DNA of 64,000 nt, from the IMG/VR virus record IMGVR_UViG_3300012685_000001, positions 32,001-96,000 of that record. One strand, written 5' to 3'. Position numbers and translations under genes: made by a program. The notes beneath the pieces are model-generated. The model was given only the letters and a program-made list of their open reading frames with translations, was not told the DNA's origin and made no database searches. Shown here piece after piece: positions 44,747-55,909 of this stretch; within the stretch, counting starts at the first letter, position 1, and the number at the start of each line of letters is the position of its first letter. The stretch is from a virus.

Positions 44747-46237
44747 TTACATATCAGGATCGAATACTTCTATGAAATCTTCTGTCTGTACTGGTTCAAT
44801 GGCTCTTAGTACTGATGTATCCCCCATATTACCGAATATTTTATCCATAATTCCAGGCTGACCATGCTGCTTGGCATTGATAGTAAGAGAAAAACCCTCT
44901 TGTGCCATATCATGACTTGTTTTTGCCAGCTTATTGAATCTGTCTATTTCACTGGAAAGAATAGGATCGGCGTGACCACCTTCCATGTCTTCTGCCATCT
45001 TCATGAACAGAATACGCTGTAATTGCATCTCAAGAATACTGTCCATCGCTGATTGCATCTGGTCCTTGGTACGCAAGGTAATGGGAATATCATACGCGCA
45101 GTTGGAATTTTCTTCAACCATAGGACACTTGGAAGCAAGGAAACAAGTGTCACAGATACGCATGCTCTCACTACGGATCTTCAGAGTAGGAACATCTGTC
45201 TCCTCTATCTGACCTGTATCTTTGTTACGTCTCTTGTCCTTGATGAAGTCAAAATCAATAAGTGGAATTACTTGCTTTTCACTAGGATCTCTACGATTCA
45301 GAGTTGATAGTGTCTTCCTTACCGGCTCAATGACACCATCAACTGAAGCATCATAGTTTTCCTCAATAGCCTCTTCAGGCGAATTCATGGATGTAGTTAC
45401 TCCTGTACCTTTTTTAGTGTTAATTGACTCAACAAACTGTGACCAGGACCACAAAGAGAGACGTAATAGCTCCTTAGGATCATCCTTCAGAATCTTCTCC
45501 ATATCAAAACCAGCAGCTTCGATAACGAATCTTTCCTTACGTCTTGCCTGTTCCTTCTGATCCTTCGAATAACTCTTTAAATGATTATGTGACCATACGA
45601 AAGTAGAACCGAATTTCTGTGGAGAAACCCAGGAAGTAGAAGAAACAGAAGTCCAGTTGACCACCTGCATGATGTCCTGCTTGGTCATGGCTAATCCGTG
45701 AAGTTCAATCCCCCGTGACACCATTCTATTGAGCACAAGGACGAGGTCTCTTCCGTTAAGAGAAGTCTGAGCAATTCCGATCTTTCCGAATCGTTCTCCC
45801 AGTTCAAGTAGAGATTCCATTCCGTCACTCTGGGAGTTTCCGGTTGGATGCCAAACTGGTACGAACTTGTCAAACATGACATCGCGTAGGGAATCTCGTA
45901 TTTCCTCAAGGTATCCCATACCGAGTTGTAGAGCATCGAATTCTGTATAGATTTCGATTTCGTTGATATTCTCAGCCACCCACCCATAATAATGCTCCGC
46001 TATCTCCTTGAGTTCTTCGTTTGAATACTTCTGTTCTTTTGCCGAATTGAGAACTTGACAACCTGAATCCACAAATAATGAATGTTCTGAAGGAAAATAC
46101 TTACTGACATTCCATGGATTATTGAAGTTGGTTCTCTTGCGTAATCCTAAATAAGACAGGGAACTCCAAGGAGTTCCCGTCTCTTTTATTAAATTCCTAT
46201 ATGTTGGAAGGTGTGAACCACCGAAAAATAGCTTAAT
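44747..46237 (-). CDS. TGT/DpdA-like TIM-barrel protein with a C-terminal Cys cluster; probable ATT start
   Basis: LFVDSG, PVWH, LHGL and SVSSTSW motifs; CDTC....KCP...C; frame stays open 55 codons upstream of the track start. Confidence 0.6.
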   Translation of the reverse strand: MKLFFGGSHLPTYRNLIKETGTPWSSLSYLGLRKRTNFNNPWNVSKYFPSEHSLFVDSGCQVLNSAKEQKYSNEELKEIAEHYYGWVAENINEIEIYTEFDALQLGMGYLEEIRDSLRDVMFDKFVPVWHPTGNSQSDGMESLLELGERFGKIGIAQTSLNGRDLVLVLNRMVSRGIELHGLAMTKQDIMQVVNWTSVSSTSWVSPQKFGSTFVWSHNHLKSYSKDQKEQARRKERFVIEAAGFDMEKILKDDPKELLRLSLWSWSQFVESINTKKGTGVTTSMNSPEEAIEENYDASVDGVIEPVRKTLSTLNRRDPSEKQVIPLIDFDFIKDKRRNKDTGQIEETDVPTLKIRSESMRICDTCFLASKCPMVEENSNCAYDIPITLRTKDQMQSAMDSILEMQLQRILFMKMAEDMEGGHADPILSSEIDRFNKLAKTSHDMAQEGFSLTINAKQHGQPGIMDKIFGNMGDTSVLRAIEPVQTEDFIEVFDPDM

Positions 46238-47189
46238 TGCCCGTTCCTCTCTTAGCTCTTACTTGTGCCTGCTTTCCCATAGCCCACGATTCCAGCTGAG
46301 ATCCTCTCGCAGCAATTCCTCCTGGCTTGGCATTACGTGAACCAGTCGTAAACGTATTGGGCTTTGGCTGATTTGCTGTCAGAGTAGGAAGAGGAGTAGT
46401 GGAGGAACCAGCAGGATGCTCATGATCAGAGAACTGAGAGCTTGTCAGAGAGCCTGCGACAGGACTAGGGGCACTTGGAGTACTTCCATGACTAAAAGTG
46501 GCTCCAGGAATCCCTGAAGGCCCTTGCTGAGGCTTCTGTGGTGACAACTGATGGGAAAAAGTAGACGCTGTAAGAGACAAAGCCTTGATAGGTGTATGTG
46601 TAGGAGTAGGACTTGAGAATCCAGGAGTAAGTTTAGGTGCTGCTGGTGTAGTCACTGATCCCTTTCCTTTCTGCTTGTCCATCTGCTTCTGCTGTTGAAT
46701 AGCTTGTCCATGAGCATAGTTTGTCTGGCTCTGCTTGGTCTTGAACTGTGCAGCCTGAAACGTAAGAGCCTGTCCATGAGCAAAATTCATCTGCTGCTGC
46801 ATAGTCTTTGTGTTTGCGGCTGTAGCCTTTGCCTGTGTCTTCTGTTGTGGAGTTGTTCCCATGGCAAAAGTACGTGGTGCTTCTCCAGAAGCTGGTGCTA
46901 CTCTACCAGACTTGACACCAGCGGCATGAGTCTTTGCTGCTGTAGCTGCTTGCTTGGCTTGTGTCTGCTGATTCTTCACAAAAGCAGCACGGCCTTTGTT
47001 GACTGCTTGAGCAGCACTGTTGGCATAGGCATTTCTGTTTGCCTCAGCAGTCTTTACACCAGACTGATGCTGAGCAGATAATTGTCTGCTCTTCATATTG
47101 AGATTCTTTTGAGCACCAGCAAAGATATTATGAGTGAACTGTCCACCCAGATTATTAATGGCTCCCGTATCCGGAATATTTGCGGGCAT
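46233..47189 (-). CDS. Low-complexity Q/A/K/P-rich protein (internal virion-like)
   Basis: ORF track; composition. Confidence 0.6.
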   Translation of the reverse strand: MPANIPDTGAINNLGGQFTHNIFAGAQKNLNMKSRQLSAQHQSGVKTAEANRNAYANSAAQAVNKGRAAFVKNQQTQAKQAATAAKTHAAGVKSGRVAPASGEAPRTFAMGTTPQQKTQAKATAANTKTMQQQMNFAHGQALTFQAAQFKTKQSQTNYAHGQAIQQQKQMDKQKGKGSVTTPAAPKLTPGFSSPTPTHTPIKALSLTASTFSHQLSPQKPQQGPSGIPGATFSHGSTPSAPSPVAGSLTSSQFSDHEHPAGSSTTPLPTLTANQPKPNTFTTGSRNAKPGGIAARGSQLESWAMGKQAQVRAKRGTGN

Positions 47190-47198
47190 CTTGTTTCC

Positions 47199-47696
47199 TT
47201 AGAAGTCTAGAAGGCGGGTATCTGTAGCTCTGGCCTCTTGTTGTCTTATCTTCTCTGCCAGCAGGTTGTTCCAGGGTGTTGGTTCGTCCTTTCTTCCTGG
47301 ACGAAAATCAGGATGTGTGTATTGCGGATGTAGAAAGAGCATGGTAGGAATCTGCGCCTGAAGAAGTCTTGTAGCTGCTTCAGTATCCGATTCATACACA
47401 AGGGCCAACGCACCTTGCTTTCTCAAACGTGTTATCTGGGCTAGTCTTCTTGTAGCTGTATCCTCTGAATCAGTATTCTCCCAATAAATCTCATTGACAT
47501 GATCAGTAAGAGAATTCATGAGAAGCCAGTACTGCACTTTTTCTTTTGCTCCACTGTCAATAATAAGAGAAACTCGATGATCTTTCACCAATGATTTATA
47601 GATAAGAAGTCCAGGAATGATGACAGAAGAATCGTTTGGCTGTCGTAGTATTCCATTGACTACTATTGCTACGTGGTTTCCCCATGCATCACCCAT
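47199..47696 (-). CDS. Degenerate HAD-fold protein
   Basis: 'AIVVNGIL' in place of DxDG; Rossmannoid pattern. Confidence 0.45.
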   Translation of the reverse strand: MGDAWGNHVAIVVNGILRQPNDSSVIIPGLLIYKSLVKDHRVSLIIDSGAKEKVQYWLLMNSLTDHVNEIYWENTDSEDTATRRLAQITRLRKQGALALVYESDTEAATRLLQAQIPTMLFLHPQYTHPDFRPGRKDEPTPWNNLLAEKIRQQEARATDTRLLDF

Positions 47697-48569
47697 TTAA
47701 TTCTCCTGATTAATTATCTCATTCAATGCGTTGACTACTCCGTTGGCCTTTGCTGCCTGCCATTGAAAGTTATAGAAATCCCCATAACCTTCTCCTTGAG
47801 AAGAGAACGCAGTCTTTCTCCCCAGATGAAGACTGTCGAAAAGATTTCTAGCCTCTCCTCGTACCAAAGTCTTATGGCGACTGTTATTAACATCTTGTGC
47901 ACTTCCCGGTATGTTCATAGAGCCCTCTGCACTGAGACTGTTGTATCGTGCAACCAAAGCAGACGCAACTTCCTTACTGGCCTCTGCTTGTTCATAATAC
48001 TCTGAGGGGTACAGTTGTCCAGGATTGTCAGGAAGCTTGGGAGGCTTTGTTGTCCATTCATCCTTTGTCAGGTTATACGCAGCATAGGGACGGATGTTGG
48101 TAATGGAATCTGGAGTAGCTTCCACATGGTCATTAAGGAAGAATGTCAGTTCATACCACTGAGCAACCCAGTCGGGTGCACCAGCCAGAGGATAGTTTCC
48201 TGTCATAGGCCATAGATTGGTACGCAGATCCTCAGTAATATGCTGAGCTATCTCAGATCTGTCCATCCACTGAAATTCAGGATTCTGGGTTACGAACTCT
48301 GAGTAATCGAGCCCGAATAGTACATCGAGATCACCGTTTCCGCGATTTGCAGACCACTGGAAAGAGATTCCGCTACCTGCCAGCCAAACCATAGTCCATA
48401 ACTCAGGCTTAGAATACCTGCTGCCAAGATAGTCCATAAGAATATGAAGGATAGTCTCTCGTACATAGGGATAAATATGCTCATTGTCTTCGAAGAGATG
48501 GGGGTCAAGTATATTGGAGGGCTTGCTGAAATAACTGCTCGCTCCTGTATTAATTCTTATATCATTCAT
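47697..48569 (-). CDS. Pol-beta-superfamily nucleotidyltransferase
   Basis: LAGS...GDLDV motif; ELTFF. Confidence 0.75.
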   Translation of the reverse strand: MNDIRINTGASSYFSKPSNILDPHLFEDNEHIYPYVRETILHILMDYLGSRYSKPELWTMVWLAGSGISFQWSANRGNGDLDVLFGLDYSEFVTQNPEFQWMDRSEIAQHITEDLRTNLWPMTGNYPLAGAPDWVAQWYELTFFLNDHVEATPDSITNIRPYAAYNLTKDEWTTKPPKLPDNPGQLYPSEYYEQAEASKEVASALVARYNSLSAEGSMNIPGSAQDVNNSRHKTLVRGEARNLFDSLHLGRKTAFSSQGEGYGDFYNFQWQAAKANGVVNALNEIINQEN

Positions 48570-48636
48570 AAATTCTATCCTACCTTATAAAGATAAAAGA
48601 GGGAACCCTTAGGGTTCCCTCTCTATTTTACTAGTA

Positions 48637-49500
48637 TTAAGCAATCTTAGCTGCAATAGCCTTTACAACTGCATCTGCCAAAGCATTTACATCTACAGTA
48701 GGTGTAGAAACCGCTGCTACTGCTGTCTGTAACTTACGAACCTTGTCGTTGGTGTCCTTGATGTAGGACTGTAGTGCCCAGTACTTATTGGTAGCGAAAT
48801 CAGGAGCTGAAGAAGGAGCCCCAATAACTCCGTCAAGTTCAAGAACCTTCTTTGCGATTGCGGTAATTTCTGCATCTGTTAGTGCCACGTCTGCTCCTGT
48901 TGTCTTATCAAATGATAGTGCCCATGTCTTCAATGCCGCTCTGCTGGTAAATGTACTGTAATCACGGTCAGTACTCCCAGCAGTAGAATATTGATGGAAT
49001 GTCCATTGAGCTGTAATTCCTGGATCTCCCGCTGATTTTGCAGCAGTGGCAATCCAAAGGAAATCACCAAAGTAACCTGTGGTATCCACACTCTTCCAGT
49101 AATCAGTATTACAGTACATTCCTACTGGACTATTAGGAAGTTTATTCTTTAAATATCTGAGAGAAGCTTCTTTGTAAGCCTTCTGTACAGACTTTGAAAC
49201 CCCACTGTTGTTCGAGTCATATCCCTCCCAGTCAAGTACTACCATTTCCCCAGACTTGGGAGTCACTTTGGAAAGAAAGTAGTCAGCTTCTTCCTTAGGA
49301 CTGTTGGCCATATGAGGATATAGATAGAAACCAGTAACCAGACCTGCATTCTTAGCTGTAGTGTACTGAGACTTCCAGCGGGGACTTTCATAACTCAGTC
49401 CCTCCGTTACCTTGAGAAATACAAAATCAATTCCCGAAGTAGAAGGAGATGCTGACTGATATCCTGACCAGTCCTGTCCTAAAATTCCTGTCATTGTCAC
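48637..49500 (-). CDS. GH25 muramidase endolysin
   Basis: GQDWSGYQ, FLKVTEG, GFY.Y, LDWE, LWIA, QYS, DRD. Confidence 0.9.
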   Translation of the reverse strand: MTMTGILGQDWSGYQSASPSTSGIDFVFLKVTEGLSYESPRWKSQYTTAKNAGLVTGFYLYPHMANSPKEEADYFLSKVTPKSGEMVVLDWEGYDSNNSGVSKSVQKAYKEASLRYLKNKLPNSPVGMYCNTDYWKSVDTTGYFGDFLWIATAAKSAGDPGITAQWTFHQYSTAGSTDRDYSTFTSRAALKTWALSFDKTTGADVALTDAEITAIAKKVLELDGVIGAPSSAPDFATNKYWALQSYIKDTNDKVRKLQTAVAAVSTPTVDVNALADAVVKAIAAKIA

Positions 49501-49850
49501 ACTCTCAGTTTATGAGGATCAATAAGGGAAGAAACTCTCTTCGCCTCTTGTTGCTGCATCATCTGTTGCTGCATCATAGCTGCTCTCTGCTCCCACATAA
49601 TAACTGTGGAAATAGCTACTTGCTGTGTCTGACAGCCAACCTTGACGTTCTCACAACCACCAATAATGTCATCCACTGTTGCTGCTCTCACCATGGACAG
49701 ATCCTTGTCAGCAAAATCTGCGTAGGCAATCCATTGTCCATCAGTGTTCAGAGTGATAAGGAAAGCTGTTGTTACTTCTTCTGGTCCCTTGTCATCTGCC
49801 AATAGTTCAGCAGCCTTCTGCTTCTGTAGTTCTTCTAAATCAATTGTCAT
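49497..49850 (-). CDS. Hypothetical protein
   Basis: ORF track. Confidence 0.6.
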   Translation of the reverse strand: MTIDLEELQKQKAAELLADDKGPEEVTTAFLITLNTDGQWIAYADFADKDLSMVRAATVDDIIGGCENVKVGCQTQQVAISTVIMWEQRAAMMQQQMMQQQEAKRVSSLIDPHKLRV

Positions 49851-50033
49851 TCTTAGTATTCCTTAGTGCAGATCCTATTGACTGAATGTCATTAACTAAC
49901 TGATATAAATCAGACATAAGTGAACTGTCCATTCCTACTTTGGCCATAATTTTTTCAGTACCGTTTCTTGCTTCTTCTATGTACCACTCTACTGTGCGAG
50001 GAGTAAAAGGATTATCACGAATATAAAAGTCCA

Positions 50034-50597
50034 TTACTTTCTCAACTCCATTTTGACGGATTGGTGGTATGGACAATATTCACAGATGAAACTCTTCTTG
50101 ATCTTCGACTCATCATAGGTAGGAAGTCCAGCAATTTTTCTTTCGCGAGAAGTATTGGGTTTGATCTCCATATGAGAATCCAGATAGTCAGTACACTTTG
50201 GCTGGGTATTCGATTTGAAGGCTGGTCTGTTGTGTCTCTGCCAGCATTCCATGGCGTCAGCCCTGAAAGTATTCTGCACATCATAGAATTCCTGATCGAA
50301 ACCAGTTCTTCCGTTACTCTCAAGAATCTTCTTAGTAATATCCTTACGGTACTCGGGATCTTTCCAGTGTCTTGTAGGAACAAATCCCAGCATGCTCCAC
50401 TCCAGTACACTGCGATCCTCAAAAGACGGATGTCTGCGTAGATGGGCCTCAATTATATGACCTATTCTGGGGTCATTATCCGCTTCATCAGGATTATAAT
50501 CCGGAAGCTCCTCAATAACTTTACAAGGATGACAGACAATCAGACCAGTCAAATGTACATCTCCACGGTTATTGGGATCAAAACCGTCATTCGCCAT
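50034..50597 (-). CDS. Cys/His-rich hypothetical protein
   Basis: CHPC, DAM.C..RHNRP, C.DY, C.YCP. Confidence 0.65.
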   Translation of the reverse strand: MANDGFDPNNRGDVHLTGLIVCHPCKVIEELPDYNPDEADNDPRIGHIIEAHLRRHPSFEDRSVLEWSMLGFVPTRHWKDPEYRKDITKKILESNGRTGFDQEFYDVQNTFRADAMECWQRHNRPAFKSNTQPKCTDYLDSHMEIKPNTSRERKIAGLPTYDESKIKKSFICEYCPYHQSVKMELRK

Positions 50598-50699
50598 TTA
50601 TTGTTCCTTTTGTATTGCGTTTATTAGACCACTTCATGGTAACAGAAAAGGGCCTTTCCTTCAAGCTACCTAAAGTAACTGAAGGAAAGGCCCTTACTA

Positions 50700-51789
<1,090 letters not shown>

Positions 51790-51865
51790 GTTGGACCAAT
51801 CTATAGACAATAAGGACTGTTGTGAAACCGTTTCTAATGTCCCGATCCCGTAACAACAAGATGAA

Positions 51866-51894
51866 ATACTACAGCCCCTGACTGACGCTGTCAA
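51866..51894 (-). promoter_or_regulatory. Promoter for the NlpC/P60-Rpf pair
   Basis: TTGACA-17-TAGTAT inside an inverted repeat. Confidence 0.7.
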
Positions 51895-51927
51895 CTCAGG
51901 GGCTGTGTTACATGCTATAAAAAAGTA

Positions 51928-52203
51928 CTACCAGGACTCTCCAAGTACAGAAGAATCTTCGAGTGTTTCAAACTTATTAGGTATGAATGACGGATTGGGA
52001 ACATATGTATTACGTCCCGGAACTTCATTCATTCTAGCCTCTCCATAGCCGTAGTACAACAGGCTGAGAGACTTGCGTGTGTCGTAAGTAGCTTCTGTGT
52101 TCATGCTACTTGCTGATGAATTGGGACGCAACTTCTTGTATTTGCCGTCTGTCGCACCCTCAACCAGATCATCATTCATGGAACGTAGTGGTGGATATGC
52201 CAT
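51928..52203 (-). CDS. Hypothetical protein
   Basis: ORF track. Confidence 0.6.
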   Translation of the reverse strand: MAYPPLRSMNDDLVEGATDGKYKKLRPNSSASSMNTEATYDTRKSLSLLYYGYGEARMNEVPGRNTYVPNPSFIPNKFETLEDSSVLGESW

Positions 52204-52391
52204 TATTGAGCCTTTCTTGGTCTTCCAGCCTTGCCCTTGACCACAGGAGTGACCTTGGGAGCCTTATACGCAGCAGCTGAAGGTGCTGTTACTTTAGTAG
52301 GATTCTTTGCTGTGCCAGTAACTCTCTTGTCCGTAGCACGTCTAGGGGCAGCCTTCTTTCTGGCCGCCGCTTTCTTTATAGGTTCTGCCAT
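52203..52391 (-). CDS. K/A/R-rich histone-like peptide ending in an AT-hook-like motif
   Basis: KKAAARKKAAPRR...GRPRK. Confidence 0.6.
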   Translation of the reverse strand: MAEPIKKAAARKKAAPRRATDKRVTGTAKNPTKVTAPSAAAYKAPKVTPVVKGKAGRPRKAQ

Positions 52392-52726
52392 ATTAATTCC
52401 TTATAGTTGAGGAACAGAAGGGAAGGACGTCCCACTGAATCCGCCCTCAGTACCTGAGAAGTCACCGAATTGGGCAGAGAAACTATCATCTATTGTCAAT
52501 ATATCCAGAATTCCAGGAGTTTCCGTTCTATAACCAAAACGATTAGGAATCTTACCAATATTAGGAATAGGCGGACGTAAGTTAGCGGCATCCGAAAAAG
52601 CATTAGCTACTAACTTAGCTGATACAAGTTGTTCTGCAAAAGACTGGGAAGGACGCTGAAAGTTATATACCGAATCATCCTGGTATTCACGCTTTGAAGC
52701 GTCGTAGTTCTGATTCTGCTTCTCCA

Positions 52727-53293
52727 CTATACGCTTCTCCCACTTCCAGATGCTGACCAACCAGGTAAGTTCACTGAACTATGGAACTTTCTTATGTTCG
52801 GATCAATATTTCCGGCTACCTGCGGATCATAGGCAATATTCAATTCCTGAGCCAGCTTCTTAGCAGCTTCATTTGTCATGAACTTACCACCGTGAGCCAG
52901 TCTTTCAATAGGATTACCTTCAGCAGAATATCTTTTCTTATCCCCAGTCATTCTTCTTTCCAATGAAGAATAAGGAGTTAAGTCATCTGGCCAGAAATAA
53001 GATTCAGCGCCGATTACTGATCCTTTGTGTACTCCTCGGGTATAGCTTCTTGCGTTATTACGAACAGTCTGAAGAAGCTTGTCCTGACGTCTGTCAATGA
53101 CGGAACCGAGATAACCATCAGGATATTGTGCTTCTGGAGTTTTACCTGTAGCCGCCGCAATACGTGCGTCAAGAATGGAACGGAATCCTGATATAGGAGT
53201 TCCGCCACCTCCACCGTACTGAGTTACAGAGCCTTGCTGGCCTATTTGAGGGTTATAGGAAACATTGTTCATTCCGGCTACTGAACTAGGCAT
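52727..53293 (-). CDS. Hypothetical protein
   Basis: ORF track; 'PEAQYPDGYLG'. Confidence 0.6.
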   Translation of the reverse strand: MPSSVAGMNNVSYNPQIGQQGSVTQYGGGGGTPISGFRSILDARIAAATGKTPEAQYPDGYLGSVIDRRQDKLLQTVRNNARSYTRGVHKGSVIGAESYFWPDDLTPYSSLERRMTGDKKRYSAEGNPIERLAHGGKFMTNEAAKKLAQELNIAYDPQVAGNIDPNIRKFHSSVNLPGWSASGSGRSV

Positions 53294-53627
53294 CGTCTTC
53301 CTCCAATGGTATATCCAGCTTTGCTGAAATTTTTTCCAACATTCTTTCTGATTTCAGATCTGATGCCAGATCCATTTCAAATTTCAGTCTGTCCTTGTCC
53401 GACTGTCTATTCTGTGAGAACAGAATAATTGGAGCAGCATAAGATGCCTGCAATGACAGAAGCAGCGTCATGAAGATAAATGGGTAGTTATCGAATCTGA
53501 GATTATGCGGAGCGAAGATATTCCAGAGGAACCAGGCGACTACAAATACTGTCATTCCAGCTATGAATTTAATTGATCCGAAGAATGCCGCAAATCTGTC
53601 GAAATAATCAGTTATTTTGTCGCTCAT
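53286..53627 (-). CDS. DUF1003 membrane protein
   Basis: FDNYPFIFMTLLLSLQASYAAPIILFSQNRQ. Confidence 0.88.
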   Translation of the reverse strand: MSDKITDYFDRFAAFFGSIKFIAGMTVFVVAWFLWNIFAPHNLRFDNYPFIFMTLLLSLQASYAAPIILFSQNRQSDKDRLKFEMDLASDLKSERMLEKISAKLDIPLEEDDA

Positions 53628-53636
53628 GGTTTCTCC

Positions 53637-53960
53637 TTAAAATGCGCTGCGGCCGTACTTCGCCTTTGAACGGAACTGATCTGTCCATGAACTACGAGAA
53701 GGCATCATCAGTACATGACGTTCACTCATAGAAGCCTCAGCAGCGTTCTGAGCGTACAGAGTAGCTGTCGGGTGGCATGTTGCCCCCATCTTCTCGAAAG
53801 AGGCTCTACGATGCCCTGTAGCCCCATCAAGAGCATTGCCCTGCTTCCCACCTCCACCTCTTGGACGCATGTTACCACGCTCAGCCTTGCCTACACGGGT
53901 AAGTTGCGCAGCGGAAGTTCCCATTGTAGAACGGCTTCCTGTTCCAATTTCTTCTGACAT
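53637..53960 (-). CDS. Hypothetical protein
   Basis: ORF track; AAGGAG SD. Confidence 0.6.
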   Translation of the reverse strand: MSEEIGTGSRSTMGTSAAQLTRVGKAERGNMRPRGGGGKQGNALDGATGHRRASFEKMGATCHPTATLYAQNAAEASMSERHVLMMPSRSSWTDQFRSKAKYGRSAF

Positions 53961-53972
53961 AATTTCTCCTTG

Positions 53973-54197
53973 TTAAGAACGGTAATAGCTCAAGGCTCTG
54001 TTTTGCTGATAAGTCGTAGCACTCATACCATTGGGATTTCCCTCAAGAGGTGAAAGTACCGAAGAAGGTGAATAACTCTTGGGAGCCATCTGCTGAACTG
54101 AATGCGTAGATCCCTGACCTGTCAGTCCTGTAGCTCCTGAGGAGAATTCAGCAGTTCTTGATTGCGGAAAACTATTGTCCGCTGGTTGTGCTGGCAT
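53973..54197 (-). CDS. Hypothetical protein
   Basis: ORF track; SD. Confidence 0.55.
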   Translation of the reverse strand: MPAQPADNSFPQSRTAEFSSGATGLTGQGSTHSVQQMAPKSYSPSSVLSPLEGNPNGMSATTYQQNRALSYYRS

Positions 54198-54210
54198 CCT
54201 GACTCCTTTA

Positions 54211-54495
54211 TTACGAAACTATAATCTTGAAAATAAGTGCGCTTATCTTTTCGCCATCGTCCATAGTTACTGTAGCAAAACCAGGGCGGCAGGAAAGTAC
54301 CTGTCCTCTGGGACCTACATACGATTGAGCGATGGCTACAGCCTTCATGGACTGATTAACAGCAGCAGCACCAATAGCTCTCAGAGTTATATCATTGTGG
54401 GCATACACATTATTTGCAATAGCTGCTGCAAGAGATGCTGCGGAAGAGGCAGACTTCACTTTGAGAAGTACCTCGTTATTCGTATTTTCTACCAT
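54211..54495 (-). CDS. spoVS: SpoVS (Alba-like fold) protein
   Basis: LKV..S...SLAAAIA...RAIGAAAVNQ.MKAVAIA...L.C.PGF. Confidence 0.85.
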   Translation of the reverse strand: MVENTNNEVLLKVKSASSAASLAAAIANNVYAHNDITLRAIGAAAVNQSMKAVAIAQSYVGPRGQVLSCRPGFATVTMDDGEKISALIFKIIVS

Positions 54496-54624
54496 ATTTT
54501 TCTCCAGATTTAATTCATGTCTTTATTCGATTATACAGACAAAAAGACCCCGACACCTGATAGATGCCGGGGTCTTACAGAAAGGAGATATTGAAAGGAA
54601 GGAGGAATCTCTAAGAAGAGTATA

Positions 54625-55119
54625 TCACACTGGTTTATTCATTAAAAATAGTGCAATTCCCATAGCATCTGCTAAATTATGATCTGTGATTTCAGGGTCC
54701 AGCTTTTGTATTGCTTCGACCATAGCTTGCTTGCTTGCTTTGCCGGTCCCGGCAATGAAGCTCTTGAGAGTTGTCGGAGCAATACTGGTGGGGGTACTTC
54801 TAAATACAAGGTATGATGCAAGTTTGACAATTCCTCCGAGTTCTCCGAGTTTTTCTCTGTTGAGTTTTGCTCCGTAGGCATAGCCTTCCATTCCAATGTA
54901 AATAGCCGATGTGTCGTGTCCGTAAATAGAGAAGAACATAAGTAAATCATCATAGATCTTTACCAGACGTTCTCCTTCATCCTTGAATTTGTTCAAAGGG
55001 TATTTCAACAAGCTTTTCTGGCGGCAATGACCAGTCTCATCTAATACCACAAGCCCAAAGCCTGTATAGGATTGATCGATCCCTATATACAAAGCTTCGG
55101 GCCTAGGTAGTTCACTCAC
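54625..55119 (-). CDS. ruvC: RuvC-like resolvase
   Basis: IGIDQS, MEGYA, ELGG, P.TLK...G.G.ASK, NLADA. Confidence 0.85.
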   Translation of the reverse strand: MSELPRPEALYIGIDQSYTGFGLVVLDETGHCRQKSLLKYPLNKFKDEGERLVKIYDDLLMFFSIYGHDTSAIYIGMEGYAYGAKLNREKLGELGGIVKLASYLVFRSTPTSIAPTTLKSFIAGTGKASKQAMVEAIQKLDPEITDHNLADAMGIALFLMNKPV

Positions 55120-55909
55120 CTAGTACTCTTTCCCATGTTCGTAGTCCATTGTCGGTTTCCCGGATCTTTTGAATAAGTTCCTCATCGAATTCTACATCAT
55201 AGAGATAAGGCTCACCATCAGGCCTAGAATAGACGGAGGGTGCTGGACCATCAGGCATTGAATCCCAATAGTTCTTGACGAACTGATCCCTGTCAGCAGA
55301 AGTGAGATGAAGAGAATATCCATCCCAACTGGTTCCCCAGCCTCGCTCTGACTCAAGCCAATCCTGTATTACAATTGTAGTCATTTCTTTTTCTGTCCTT
55401 TGTTCCAGAAGTTCCAGCAGATCCTTGAACAGTACGGTCTCCACTCAAGGACTGCTGGCTTACCGCATGCGCAAAGCAGTTGCATTACTCGACATAATTC
55501 GTAAGAGTACTAGTCAAGAATTCAATCGGATCGTCATCTACAGAATAATATCTCCAGTTCGTATCCCCAGCACACTTGTAATTAATGTAAAAATGAATTG
55601 AACTTCCACTACAAGAACATCCGCCATGTTGCTCAACATACGCTTCATCAAGTTGTGCTGCTACAGCATTAAGCTTACGTACGTCATTGGTGTACTTAAG
55701 TAGCGCCTTATTTATAATCTCCAGGTAGGTCATTTAGTATCCCAGGGCCTTTCGCATCTGAATAATCATGTAAGTAAGTCCACCAATAACAGCAACCGGC
55801 AAAAGAATCCAGGTGAATACAAACTTGATCACTGTATAAGTGATCCACAGAATCATCATGATTCCGAAAATTGCCAGAAGAGTAAGAATAAGCTGCTTGA
55901 GTTCCTTGT

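Noticed and set aside
51790-51865. c-di-AMP (ydaO) riboswitch upstream of NlpC/P60-Rpf
   Set aside because: The leader is only about 70 nt and lacks the conserved motifs.
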